Below, piece by piece: positions 1-17,049 of a stretch of 64,000 bases of DNA. Source of the DNA: Eledone cirrhosa. Lineage: Eukaryota. Under the pieces are notes generated by a model. That model was not told the origin of the DNA, made no database searches, and worked only from the letters and a program-made list of their open reading frames with translations. Position 1 is the first letter of the stretch. Every line of letters starts with the position of its first letter. Position numbers and translations under genes: made by a program. The stretch spans positions 9,424,001 to 9,488,000 of the forward strand of contig OZ024751.1 in NCBI GenBank assembly GCA_964016885.1, given 5' to 3'.

Positions 1-345
1 ATATATGTTTTACTCTTGATGTTATTGTTTTGATTATACGCTATTTTTCTATATATGTCTTGCCTCGAGTGAATTATTTTTATATCTACGTATTCTGATG
101 AGTTGATCAGAGGTAAATAATGTATAGGTGATCGAGTGACGCAACTTCAAGCGATTAGCGACCTCTAGACTCTCCTGATCGATGAAACAATTGTCAGTAC
201 TTGAGATAAATCCCCTTATTGTACAGCCAACCATGTTACTCTTCATTCTTTCACTATTACCACACTACTACCACACTACTACCCTAAGTATTGAATACTC
301 TGGTGCGTTATAGTCCATCTGGTTCCTTACCACAATTCCTTTTTT
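1..345 (+). mobile_element. Non-coding HHR-bearing PLE-terminus-like element (family A), 3' part with tail running into (AT)n
   Basis: 1-250 is homologous to 58690-58936 (+) and 58176-58460 (-). The 270-340 tail matches 33838-33905. It ends in (AT)n. Confidence 0.7.
90..200 (+). ncRNA. Type I hammerhead ribozyme with long stem-II insert
   Basis: GTATT-CTGATGA-GTTGATCAG-(64 nt)-CTGATCGAT-GAAAC-AATT-GTC-AGTAC: stem I GTATT/AGTAC, intact core, 9-bp stem II, palindromic stem III, GUC site. Confidence 0.75.
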
Positions 346-352
346 ATATTTA

Positions 353-395
<43 letters not shown>

Positions 396-477
396 TTATA
401 TATATATATTTATATATATATATATGTATATATACTTCGTCGTGTAGACGCGTTCTTGAGACTAGTAAAATGAGGTA

Positions 478-567
478 TCCTCTTGATAAGTCGGCAGACC
501 TCGCAGGGACTCTATATCTTTATGATATATTGTTTTTGTTTATGCCACGAAACTACGTAGTCGAGGA
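478..567 (+). ncRNA. Degenerate hammerhead ribozyme (family B)
   Basis: TCCTC-TTGATAA-GTCGGCA...TGCCAC-GAAAC-TACGTA-GTC-GAGGA: perfect stem I TCCTC/GAGGA, palindromic stem III, core has 2 substitutions. Confidence 0.55.
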
Positions 568-635
568 ATTTAGGAGCAGTTTAGGTATGATACATTTTAT
601 TACTAATTATATCTAAATGTTTCTTCTCTCTTCAT

Positions 636-1850
<1,215 letters not shown>

Positions 1851-1920
1851 TCCGTTATACGATGCTATTTTAACTCGGCCTCATTTCATTTTGAAAACGC
1901 ATATCCAAAACATAATTATT

Positions 1921-1983
1921 TTATCTGATGTACGAGCTAGAGGTGTCTGTAAGAATAGCCTAGTGTCTTGAAACCTTTGATAA
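1921..1983 (+). ncRNA. Possible degenerate hammerhead ribozyme
   Basis: TTAT-CTGATGT-ACGAGCTAG...CTAG..CTT-GAAAC..ATAA; the cleavage triplet is degenerate. Confidence 0.3.
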
Positions 1984-2015
1984 TGGAATAATTATATTGT
2001 CTTGTTTAATATGTA

Positions 2016-2051
<36 letters not shown>

Positions 2052-2052
2052 G

Positions 2053-2773
<721 letters not shown>

Positions 2774-2831
2774 ATAACCTTCGTTTTGTGTAGAAAATTA
2801 CACTTTTCATATATATATATATATATATATA

Positions 2832-2995
2832 TACAATGATATTAAATAAATGGAAACTATATTTATAAAACCATATTTATTCTATATATTTCAAGGATAC
2901 CAAAACTTTGGTACGCTTTGATCAGATAAAATACAAAGTTTGTTTTATAAATTTTGACATAACCAAGAAAAGATACTTTAACGGTTCAAGTTTTT
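2832..2995 (-). repeat. Dispersed (AT)n-abutting repeat, related to 48345-48525
   Basis: Reverse complement of 48345-48525 aligns by eye (ATAAATGGAAACT..TTTATAAA..CCATA..GGT(A/G)CGCTTT.ATC.GATAAAATACAA). Confidence 0.65.
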
Positions 2996-3737
2996 CTTGG
3001 ATAGTGAAGGGAAACGAGAAGAAAAGTCAGATATTTCAAATTATTAAGATGAGTATGCAAATGAGGTTGAAGTATAGGGCTGAAAAAACGTTATTTTAGA
3101 CGCTATGCAGAATTTAAATAATTAGGATATATATATGTATGAGTAGGAAGAAGAAAAAAGAAAGAAGAGCTTGTATTTATGTTAATTTAAAAGGAATTAA
3201 CAATTTGCGGGAATGGTGGAATATGATTCCAGAATTTAAATTTGTTTAGCTATATTATGAGTTATAATATTGTATATATAATCAATTAGATTATATGAAG
3301 AATTATGGCTGTAAGTAGATTTTATCTTATTATATTAGAATAGTTTGTAAGTATATAAATATCTATATAGATTAATAATTGTGCATGTATAAGTATTATA
3401 GAAATAGAAATAATTTACAATTATTAGTTGTTTATATTTCTAATACGAGTTACGAAGGTTGTTGATTTTGCATTTTACATAAAAAAACAAGTTGTACGAG
3501 GAGAATAATTTGTAGATTCGAATATTTTGTTCCAACATTGAAAATGTTTTCAGAATATTGTTAATTTAGCGAAGTTATATAGTTTATCGTGCATATTATA
3601 CTATAATATAATGTTTATGTTTGCAGAATTGAAAAGGGAAAGAAAACTCCAATCATGTTTGTTAACCGTTAAATTTGATGAATGATTTACTCAGAAAATA
3701 TATAGAGAAAACTATATATTATTGTGTGTGAGATTAG

Positions 3738-3958
3738 GGCGGTGGATTGGCAGTATCGGTAGAGCGTCGGACACCATGCTTTGCAGCAGAGTGTTACAAC
3801 CCTTTATGATCCGAGTTCAAATCCCGCCTAGGTTAACTTTGCCTTTCATTCTTACGGACTCGATAAAATAAAGTACCAGTCACGCACTAGGGTCGATTTC
3901 ATCGACTTCCCCCTCTACCAAAATTGCTGGCCTTGTGCCTATATAAGAAACCATTATT
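3738..3958 (+). mobile_element. tRNA-derived SINE (family S1), full length
   Basis: A-box-like TGGCAGTATCGGTAGAGC, B-box GAGTTCAAATCCC, central GCCTTTCAT..GATAAAATAAAGTACCAG, tail TTGCTGGCCTTGTGCC; many copies in window. Confidence 0.85.
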
Positions 3959-4498
3959 TTCTGTGAGATTAATTCCAATTGTATATTATTTTAGTCGAAA
4001 GATGTGTGAAAGTTTGAAGATCAAAAGGAGAGGAAAAAAGTCATGTGCATTTCGAAGAACTATCGTAAAGATGAAAGGCAAAGTTAACTTTCAGAATGTC
4101 AATTAAAGATTATTAATCTACATCTAAAAAAAATATATTTAGAGGGGTATCATTAGGAAAATAATGTCAAAAGGTAAAAATAGTAAAAAAATATATTAAA
4201 AAATTAAAAAATTAATGTCAAATGGTAAAAATAGCATAAATATTAGAAAATTAAGAAGGAAGATCATTTAAAAAATTGAAATTTAAATTTTTAAAGAAAA
4301 TAGGATCATTTTGAAGGTGTATAAGATATAGTCAAATGTAATGAATATTATAAATTAAAAATACTGCTTTTCATTTTCCTTTCTTTGATTCGTCAAAGTG
4401 ATATTAGTGAAAAATTGAGAGGGACAATTCTTTTCAAAAAGAGTTTTATAATGTATATAAAGTATATAAAGTATAAACGGTTTCGATGCATTAATAAA

Positions 4499-4607
4499 AT
4501 TAATTGTTTCTACTTTTGGCACAAGGCCAGCAATTACCCAGTGCATTACTGGTACTTTATTTTATCGGATGAAAGGCAAAGACAACCTCGGCGAGATCTG
4601 AACTCAT
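4499..4607 (-). mobile_element. SINE S1 partial
   Basis: TAATTGTTTCTACTTTTGGCACAAGGCCAGCAATT...GGTACTTTATTTTATCG. Confidence 0.75.
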
Positions 4608-4940
4608 AAAATGAGATTTGAATTAATACAATTAATGTTATTAAATGTTGAGTATTACAATTAAAAAGAATTAATCAGAATTAAAAACTAAAAATTAAAG
4701 ATTTAGAATTAAGTGTTGAGGCAAGTTTTTTTCCATCTTTTTTGTTGAGAGGGAGACTGGAAAAATGAAATCTTGTGTATAGAGAGAGGGTTGTAGTCAT
4801 GGTAGTAGCAGCAACAGTGGTGGTCGTTATGCTTTTTCACACAGAACAAAATTGTTATTAGGGAGAGGGATATATTCTGTAATTATGTATGTGTATCTCA
4901 ATTGTGTTAATAGACTGGTCAAGAGTTCAGATGGGAGTGG

Positions 4941-4995
<55 letters not shown>

Positions 4996-4997
<2 letters not shown>

Positions 4998-5007
4998 CTG
5001 TTGTGTA

Positions 5008-5049
<42 letters not shown>

Positions 5050-5181
5050 TACACAACAGTTAGTTCACCCTACAGAGAACAATTGTTTCACCTTAGCGGA
5101 TCCTCAGCTCGTAATGCATACCTTGCTCGTCCCATGGACTGAGTGCTCTACCACTACGGATATTACCTTCCAGTGTTCTAC

Positions 5182-5186
<5 letters not shown>
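4996..5186 (-). mobile_element. Short HHR-bearing element with 17-bp inverted terminus across (AT)n
   Basis: AACTGTTGTGTAACCTT-(AT)n-AAGGTTACACAACAGTT. Minus strand 5075-5110 reads GAG-CTGAGGA-TCCGCTAAGGT-GAAAC-AATT-GTT-CTC. Confidence 0.6.
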
Positions 5187-5242
<56 letters not shown>

Positions 5243-5246
<4 letters not shown>

Positions 5247-5435
5247 AAATGAGTGACTTCACTTGTAGTTGGTATTCTATAACAATTGAATTTTATAATT
5301 TTAAGATTTTATAATTTTATAATTTTGCTCTATAACAAAATTATATGATTATGAAATTTAAAAATTATAAAATTAAATTGCTATAGAATGCCAACTACAA
5401 GTGAGGTCATTCTTTTCATTTTTTTCAAATATACC
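5243..5435. repeat. Imperfect foldback between (AT)n tracts
   Basis: TGAAATGAGTGACTTCACTTGTAGTTGGTATTCTATAACAATT vs AATTGCTATAGAATGCCAACTACAAGTGAGGTCATTCTTTTCA. Confidence 0.8.
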
Positions 5436-5453
5436 TATATATATATATATGTG

Positions 5454-5640
5454 TTGGACACCCTGTGGGATGAAAAACAAAGCTCGTCAAAGGGTGGGGA
5501 ACTCAGCGTTACTGGTAACATATAACCCAGTACAACCTGCGCATGGTCGGGTTGTCAGCGACTAAACCGGTGACCCTATCAAGCTTGCTTGGTGCGGGGG
5601 GTGATATTGGATATCCCTCGGAAGGAAAAGTTGATGTTAC
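5454..5640 (+). mobile_element. RTE-LINE 5'UTR-like fragment
   Basis: Homologous to 39655-39795 (ACTGGTAAC..TACAACCTG..CATGGTCGGGT..GCGACTAAAC). Confidence 0.55.
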
Positions 5641-7140
5641 TTCGGTCGTCTGTGATCAGACATTCTGAGCTCTGACAAATGAAATAACATCAATTTTGCT
5701 TCGAGAAACGCCGAGTGCCTAGGACGTATACGCGAGTTCGCCTTGTATTTGATATATGTATATATGTGTGTTTGTGTGTGTATATATATGTGTGCGTGTG
5801 TCTGTGTGCGCGTCTGTATATCGTTCGTGTATTTGTTGTGTAACTTACTTAATCTGAGACCGTGAATTGAACCTGAAAGTATTACGTTGGAGACGAGATA
5901 TAGTATAACATGGATGAACAGTTTATATTCAGATTTAGGTATTTGATTAAGAACTTCAAATGAAACTTTTTCAAAGTTTCATTTTTGCAACAAATTCAAA
6001 AGCTGCAGCTTCTTCATTTTAACAGTTTTACCAAGTTGATGTCTGTGGCTTTCTAAAATATAAAGAAGATATCTTAAAGCAAAGTAACCTCTGCATCAAA
6101 ATTCATTGTAATAGTATCAAATGGCATTGTATTGTTCATTGTTTAGCTGAATGAATGAATAAATAAATAAATAAATATATAATATACCTAAAATAAATAA
6201 ACAAGCAAATAAACAGTAAAACGAAATCTGTCTGTTGAATTCCTTATCTTAATTGCTAGGCTAGTGTTGTATATATTAAGTTGGTTGGGGCTTTATTGGA
6301 GTGTGGCAAGTCTTAGAAAGTTGGCTAGGTTGCTTTCTTGATATCTTTCTCAACGGTAAGCTATTAGAGCAACGTATAGAAAGATTTTGCAACAATGTGC
6401 ATAAATCAATAGAAAATATTTACTCAGCAGTAAAGGGGGTACAGAAAAAGAGTAGGCGAGATAAAAGAATCGACACAAATTCGCTGAAAGAATATGAGAA
6501 AGATATAAGAACAATATGGCGTACTTATCATACGAAAACACTCTGAAATTTCTTTCATTCGGCGATTAAGACTAGTCATATAATCATATTCATTAGAGTG
6601 GCTTTTGAAATAAAGGGAGACATTTTTCTGTTCAATTATAGATTGAGATGAAAGATAAAATATCTGTAAGTGTAGAAGACAATAGCTCAAATAATAGTCG
6701 AAGCATCAAGAAAATGCAACAATGACACAGCTGGGTATTAACTGTAGTGAAAAACACTTTCTGAATCTGACGGTAGCAGTGACGGAGTAATAATTTATCT
6801 AAATATTTCATTTATTCCACAATTACAGTAAAAATAGTATGCTGAAAAGAATATGTGAATTATAATAGTTTAGTTAAAGATCATTAGTTTCCAAACTGCA
6901 AACTATCAAAATGTGGTGGTGGACAAGCAGGGACTATGTTAATCTTCAGTCGTAAACCTAATATCTGTGTAGATCCCAGGAGAGTACACTTTAGTTCAGA
7001 TTCGCCTGAAGCTTCCCCAAATGGCTTATTTACTCATAAGCTAACATTAGAAACAGTCAAGGAAAAACAATGTTATCAATGATGAAAGTAACGTGCGCCT
7101 ACCAGCCTCAATGACAAAAGAAACGATGACAGGTGAACAG

Positions 7141-7311
7141 CTACAATCTGCTGCAGATGTCGGCTGGGCAAGTTAGAAATTCTTTAATCGGCAGGGAACC
7201 AGATTTGGCGGAGTCAATGTGATATTTCACAAGTTCGTACAGCTCCTCCAATGCAGGATGTATGACTGTGAGATAGTTACACAAATTTTGAAACATTTCT
7301 TTTCGTGTTTT
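7141..7311 (-). CDS. Candidate terminal coding exon of an unidentified host gene (KTRKEMFQNLCNYLTVIHPALEELYELVKYHIDSAKSGSLPIKEFLTCPADICSRL*)
   Basis: Pyrimidine-rich acceptor TTTCGTTTTTTACATTAG, 56 complex codons to TAG, higher GC than flanks; no family recognised. Confidence 0.3.
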   Translation of the reverse strand, partial: KTRKEMFQNLCNYLTVIHPALEELYELVKYHIDSAKSGSLPIKEFLTCPADICSRL

Positions 7312-7950
7312 CTAATGTAAAAAACGAAACATGTGCTTCTGCCTACCATCCACGTGTTCAGCGTTGGTTGAACAATGTTTAGCTTAATGTAACGTGGACA
7401 TCATTTATTTCCCGCCTCCTTTCTTAAGAAACTATAGGACTCTAGATCTGATGTCATATTACTATGTAGTCTTATGTTCGTATATCAATATTTCTAGTAA
7501 TCTGTTGGAACAATTTTCATCTACATACATCTCAATTTTACCTTCTGCATCGAAAATAAATTAGTTGTCTTCATGAACATCTAAGAAATAATGTGTTGTA
7601 TTTGACAACTGCACACTATATCTAAATTTCAGATATTATAATGGATAGTTTGGTGTAAATTACTGTGGAAGTTGTTAACTAAGCACAAATAATTTATGAT
7701 TTTCAACATGACTAATGGGGATTTCAGCCATTCATACGTATTCGGAATAATTTACATTATACATTTGAATTAACTACGACGCAATAGTAATTCCGAACAT
7801 AGGCACAGAGAAATATGTTCTGGTGAGAAAAGAGTTGAGTAGATAAAGACCAGTTCTTAGGTGGTGGTTATTTTCTCGACCCCAAGAAGGGTAAAGCTGC
7901 GAAAAAAAATCCCAAGGCGTATTTGACAGTTCCAATAATCTAATAATACC

Positions 7951-8230
7951 TGTGTGTGGTGCAGTGAATAAATATATACATATATAGAAGGTCCAAACCG
8001 AAAGGAACCAAATTCCCACTGTCACTGCCTCCGTCTCTCCCGCTCTCCCCAACTCTCACCATCCTCCGGTGTTTCCTCAGAGGATGGTGAGGGCGATCCG
8101 CTGGAAGAGCCGTTTTCACTCCAGTTCGCGAGAATACAATCTGCGAGTAGCCAACTCTGTGCCGATGGCGGTGAGTAGGGAGGTGGCCCTAGGGCCATGG
8201 ACACCAGAGGTCTTCACTATACTAGTATTT
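7951..8230 (+). repeat. Dispersed ~280-bp GC-richer repeat (possible solo LTR)
   Basis: Homologous to 28300-28591 (-) and 57420-57560 (+): AGGTCC..CACTGTCACTGCCTCCGTCTCTCCCGCTCTCC. Confidence 0.65.
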
Positions 8231-8560
8231 TACGATATTTGTCCTCTTGTGTGATGCAGACACGCTCTGGTCAATATCGTCATCAGAAATGCAGTGATTC
8301 CTTGATTTGTCCGTTTTAAATCTGTGACCAAAGAGGCTATTTTTGAGTAATTGTGATATAAAATAAATTATATATAAAAGAAAAAAAATATGCTTCCGTC
8401 CCTTGAAACAATCATCTGAATCATGCACAAGAACAATTACTTCCGTCAAGTCAGTGAACTGTAAATGTTGAATGCTTCAGTCGTGCTCTTTTGCAGTTCA
8501 CAGTAGCGTGTCTTGACTCTCGAGGACATAACACATATCATCATTGAATAATTGCAAAAG

Positions 8561-11505
<2,945 letters not shown>

Positions 11506-11894
11506 GTTATAATTTCAAGTTGTTAAAATGACTGATCACATTCATTGTGTGCAGTAGAGAAAATCTAAAGATATTTCCATAGTTGCGTTAAAACGATTGC
11601 TTGGATTATGTACTCATTGAAACCGGATCAACTCGAAAGCTGACAAATATCTAAATTATTATGTTCGTTTAATATCCAATGCTTCTGTGTTCATTTTTAT
11701 TATTGTTTTCATTTTTAATATTAACTTCAGAAAATAACATTTCTGACCCTGTCATCTCTAATTAATAATGTATCGATCATTATTAATTGACTAATGAAGC
11801 ATGTTTGAAAAATTGCACTTGACAACGAGTTACAAATTAGCAGTTTTTTTTTATGCTGCAAATTACCTCCCCTTCGAGAAAAAATGACATTTAT

Positions 11895-12355
11895 TGATGG
11901 AGGTAGAATTGTGAGGTTGATGATAATGATAATGTTGATGATGATTATGATGATGATAATGATATTGATGGTGATAAGGACAATGATGATCAGCAGAGGA
12001 TTGTCGATGATGGTGATGATAATGCTGATGATAATGGTGATGATGATGGTGGTGATGGTGATGATGATCGTGATGATGTAGATGATGATGTAGACGATGA
12101 TGATAGTAATGATGATGATTATTAGCTTTTTACGTGATGGTGGGAGGTGCTGCTTCTGTTGAATGTGACATAAGAATGATAATGATGACGAAGTTTTTCT
12201 TTATGATAATGATGAGGTGGTGGTGTGGGAGCTGTGGGGGCGTTATAATGATGATGCTGATGGTTATGAATAATGATGATAAAGATGATTATGTCTGTAA
12301 AGTATTTTGCTGGTTCTGATGGTGATGACTCGTACGATGCATATGTTGATAATGA
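11895..12355. repeat. Degenerate (ATG)n trinucleotide tract
   Basis: Visible GATGAT runs; poly-Met ORFs are artefacts. Confidence 0.85.
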
Positions 12356-12522
12356 GAATGTCGAATCGTCTGTTCGTGAGTAAGGCCAGTGAAAAAGATT
12401 GATGACCCTTTCGTTAGTAGGATGTCATTTAGTGGTTGTGGAGGTCACATCACTCTGCCTATAACCGATAGGCTCTATAACCCACAGATTTAAGCATATG
12501 CAAGCCAGGGAATCACATACTG

Positions 12523-12887
<365 letters not shown>

Positions 12888-12890
<3 letters not shown>

Positions 12891-13285
12891 AGCACCAAAC
12901 TTTGGCATTGGGAGCTGGACAAACCCCCTAACACGACGTCACTGTGTGGGGCCAAAGGTTTAGTCTTCCACATCTAGAATAAGGAACAGATATTGCAATA
13001 GCCTGGGGATCAAGGGCCCTCAATTCTTCAACAAGCTGCCGTAGAAATAGATAGATCTGCATGATGTAGACGTGGATGTTTTCAAGAAACATCTCGTTAC
13101 CTTGCTATCCAGGATCCCGGATGAGCCCCCAGCACGGCACCAGGGAAACCTAAGGTCAGCAGCAACGAACTCCCTCTGCACCAGTGGCCAACCAATACAG
13201 GCTGGAGATAAAATGTGTAGTAACAATGGCGGTGCCACAGCATGGCCCCAATTGGATGGCTGGAACAGGTAAAAGAGTTAAAGAG
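12888..13285 (+). mobile_element. CR1/L2-group LINE 3' fragment
   Basis: Translates to ...NSLGIKGPQFFNKLP*..DVDVFKKHLVTLLSRIPDEP..RSAATNSL, a typical C-terminus of CR1-group RT ORF2. Confidence 0.7.
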
Positions 13286-13309
13286 TATATATATCTATCT
13301 CAGAAAAAG

Positions 13310-13481
13310 AAGAATCAGTGTTGCGACGAAAGGAATTTATTTGATATACTACAATTGTTTCTCGGGTGATCAGTTCGAGGCACGGTCGATGTGGTGATAA
13401 AACCTGACGCGCGGTCCTATGAGGGCATAGAGTGCTCATACAGCCTACTGCATCCGGCGGAAGTTTTAAGCATCCAATACC

Positions 13482-13485
<4 letters not shown>
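13310..13485 (-). repeat. Short element with HHR-like motif (13347-13375)
   Basis: Minus strand AA-CTGATCA-CCCGA-GAAAC-AATT-GTA-GT. Confidence 0.35.
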
Positions 13486-13544
<59 letters not shown>

Positions 13545-13550
<6 letters not shown>

Positions 13551-16015
13551 TAACGGATTAAAGTTTAAGCAAAGAATCGGTGCTTTCACCCTTAACGAGA
13601 TCTTCTGAAACTAACAAAGTCAGTCTGTAAACGCAGGAGTAAATATTTCAAAAAACGTTGCAACTGGAGGAAGACAGGAGGACGATACTTTGGTTCGTGG
13701 AAACGTTTCCTGGCAAAAACTGGAAAAAACGAATATAATACGTCATTATTTGGAGCGGTGAAAAACAATTACACGCAAAGACAAAACCACGTTTATGGTA
13801 TAAAAGAGGTTGTAGACTAACATTCTATTAGGTGGTTCATAGAGACGTTCTCTGGCAATGTACGGAAAAAACGAAGTTAATACGTCATATGTGTGGCGGG
13901 GAGAACAATTGTACGCAAAACAAAACCACGTAAATGGTATAACTGAAGTAGTAGCCTAAAATTCTAACTAGGAAACCGAATGATTCTCGGCTTCAGAGTA
14001 AAGAATAAAGTAAATAAAATACAGAGGTAATTGAAATGAAATAAATACATACAAGCATCCATATACGGACACACACAAGCATACGCGAAAAACTCGCCAT
14101 AGGTATACAAATACACGCACGTAAACAAAAAAAAACCCGCATGCATATACAGAACCCACGCAACGCCTGTACCCGCACGTATACGAATGTATACACCAAA
14201 TACACATAAAATATATATATATATGTGTGTGTGTGTATATATATATATGTGTGTGTGTGTGTATACATATAATTAAATAAACGTATATAAATAAATAAAT
14301 ACGTATATAACAAGCTCACACACATACCTACATGTAAATACACATATGTTCGGAGACGTACGTCAACGACAACACAAAGTACACATATACACACACCCTA
14401 CACACGTACAAACCCGCATACTCACACAGGCGCAAAACTCACGTATACACATAATAAAAGCATATGTACCAGATTATATAATATAAAAGCCATAACATAT
14501 ACAATCAAATATACGTACGAGAAAGTATACGTACCTTCACAAAACATACAGGTAATATATACTTACCTATACAAATAAGTAATGGTATAAACATAACATA
14601 TACTTAGCTACCACATCAAGACGTAAAATATCCGGGTAGAGTTCATACTATCCGTTAGGGTTTAATGTGGGGCTGTAATACAGGAAAGTTTTGTGCGATT
14701 TATGTTTACAAGCCGAAATTGCCTCAGATTTTTTTTTTAATATGTGGTCTTTGGCGTAGTGTATTTCCAGCGCAGAGGTCACATGGTCTTTTATTTCCGT
14801 TATACGATCTAGCCTTAGCTAGGATCTCCCAGTGTAACTTATATTGTGTGTGGTTGTCTTTTAAACTCCAGATATAAGCTGAAAGTGACGTCATATTCAT
14901 TCTTAAAGGGTTACGAAAAGAATGGGTATGCATGTAAAGACGCTGCTTGAATCTATTGGCGGTTAACCCTATGTAGGCCCTACGGGACGTGGGTGTTTCA
15001 ACCTTACATTTGTAGACAATGTTACTAGAGAGGCATTTCCGGGATAGGGGGCAGTCAACCCGATTCCTACAATTACAGTTAGTACAAACTACAGGGTTGC
15101 ACGTATTCCTACGGCTAGGTAGTTTAGCTACATTTGAAGCTGTGATGTTATGTGCAAGGTTAGGAGTCATAGAGTAAGAAATTTCAATAGCATTTCTATT
15201 AAATATTTTACTATATTTATGTGTAGGGGAAAAATGCTTCATAATAAGGGAGAGAAAGATCTTAGCTAATGGTGTGGCCACCTCCATATTATATGCTGGG
15301 TTATACCATATAATGCGTCGGGATCTATTTCTTCTAGGTCTATTCTTGTACTCTGTATATGCTACCTTATCGACAAATCCACTCCGAGCAAGAGCTTCAC
15401 TGTAATATGTGGAATGGTGGTTGAAAATATGCTCGTTAGTAGATAGACGGGAAAGCCTCAAAGAAACGTTTCTTACCAGGTTCTTGGTTATGCTGGCAGG
15501 ATAGTTAGAATGCTTACTTACGTAATTAAGCGTATCATTCGGATTTCTATACGGGTAATGTAAGCCATTCAATAAATTGAGGGTAAACTCTAGGTAATTA
15601 ACGAACGAGAGGTTTGCCTCAACCTGTATGGAGAGATTGAAGCCTTTAAAGAAGGCTGTGAGTTCCTTTCTGAACCTGTCGCAAGCACGTCGGCCGCTCT
15701 TAGTCATGGTCAAAAGATCATCATCACGGTACAAACCACCGCCCACGTTGGGGAATTCTTCCTTGATAGAGAAAAGAAGGAAAGGGCCGATAAGATCAGT
15801 GACCCCCGCAGAATCGCTGGCGCCCATACTCACGTCGAATGGGGTACTTTTAGATTTTTTAATCCAAATAAAGTCGTCGAAATTAATCACCGACGTACGG
15901 GCATTGATGATGACATCAACTTCGAAATCCTTAACCACTGTGAGTGTTTTAGCGAAATTGATAGCTCTAAGGAGAAGTGTTAAAGTGATGGAGGAGTAGT
16001 AATTATTGATGTCAA

Positions 16016-16019
<4 letters not shown>
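13545..16019 (-). mobile_element. 5'-truncated Penelope-like element (YRDD-type), both ends at (AT)n
   Basis: RT motifs FDINNYYSSI, FDVSMGA, GGLYRDD; linker IIWYNP; GIY-YIG (NIVYKC..AYIGLT..RFKQR); 3' UTR with ~140-bp tandem duplication at 13700-13966. Confidence 0.9.
14724..16019 (-). CDS. PLE reverse transcriptase (partial) + GIY-YIG endonuclease
   Basis: ORF 14724..15938 extends in frame to 16019 (QFDINNYY); Cys-rich linker CNCRNRVDCPL. Confidence 0.85.
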
Positions 16020-16102
<83 letters not shown>

Positions 16103-16129
16103 CGTTGGGAGGGTCATGTTGCCAATGTA

Positions 16130-16910
16130 TATATAAACCTGTCTATGTTCTTTAAAATCTTCGTCATAGCAGCACCACTAGGATCTCAAATCTTTCTTCT
16201 AACACATTCATCATTGATGGAGCCTCACCTCATTATAATACCGCGTTAGCCAACTGCGGATTATCCGATGAAATTTCTTACTCCTCTCCTAATGACTCTA
16301 GCTATAGAAAGAAAAATAGATATAAAAATAATAAGTTGGTTCTGCCCACACTTCTTGCCTGGAGTTAGAGCTAATTTAGGGAAGAAATTCTTATCACTCT
16401 TAGACAAACACTTCCCTATGGGACATAAATACAGATGCATCTTTAACAGACACAGGATGAAACTGGGTTATTCCTGTGCTAAACATATGAAAAAGCCCAC
16501 TTCACCACCAACACCAAGATTGCTCCCCGGTGCTCATGTTGAAAGCCGGAATCATACCATCTACAACAACAGCGTAACACACATGCAGTCGTCTACAGGT
16601 CTGGTTGCATCCACCCGGCAGAATCAACAGCAGAGAGTCAAGACATATATATATCGGATTAAAGATAGCTTCTTTACCAACAGGCGGTCTTTAACCACTT
16701 AGATAAGTTTTTGACTACGAAGCTTGCAAGGCACATATCGTCACTCAAGGATGCGGGCTTGGAATTCTCCATCCAATGTCAAATCCTCAGTGAATCGGAA
16801 CCAAACCTAAATTGAACTAAGTCCTGCAAGATATGCATCAATGAAACAACAAATATCTTGCAGAGATTATGTAATATTACTTACCTTAATACGAGAGTCT
16901 ATTTTTTTAT
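16130..16910 (+). pseudogene. Degenerate YRDD-type PLE fragment (thumb-linker-GIY-YIG)
   Basis: ISWFCPHF..NLGKKFLSLLDKHFPMGHKYRCIFNRHRMKLGYSC parallels IIWYNPAY..KIFLSLIMKHFSPTHKYSKIFNRNAIEISYS of 14724..15938. Confidence 0.75.
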
Positions 16911-17004
16911 CGCTACCCAACACTCTAATCACAGTGTAGAAGCTCACTCTGTGGCTCATATGTATATGTGTTTCTTTTCTCCCTCGTTTATTATGAGCCT
17001 CTGT

Positions 17005-17047
<43 letters not shown>

Positions 17048-17049
<2 letters not shown>

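Noticed and set aside
3738-3830. tRNA genes (here and at 22022, 43657 etc.)
   Set aside because: The A/B boxes belong to SINE heads; there is no cloverleaf and they continue into SINE bodies
6301-6546. 81-aa ORF (also 20828..21040 and 24627..24815) as host exons
   Set aside because: No recognisable domain and no consistent splice-site pair
15628-15999. Antisense ORFs over RT regions (also 53000..53347, 46592..46891, 60324..60902)
   Set aside because: Shadow frames of the PLE ORFs
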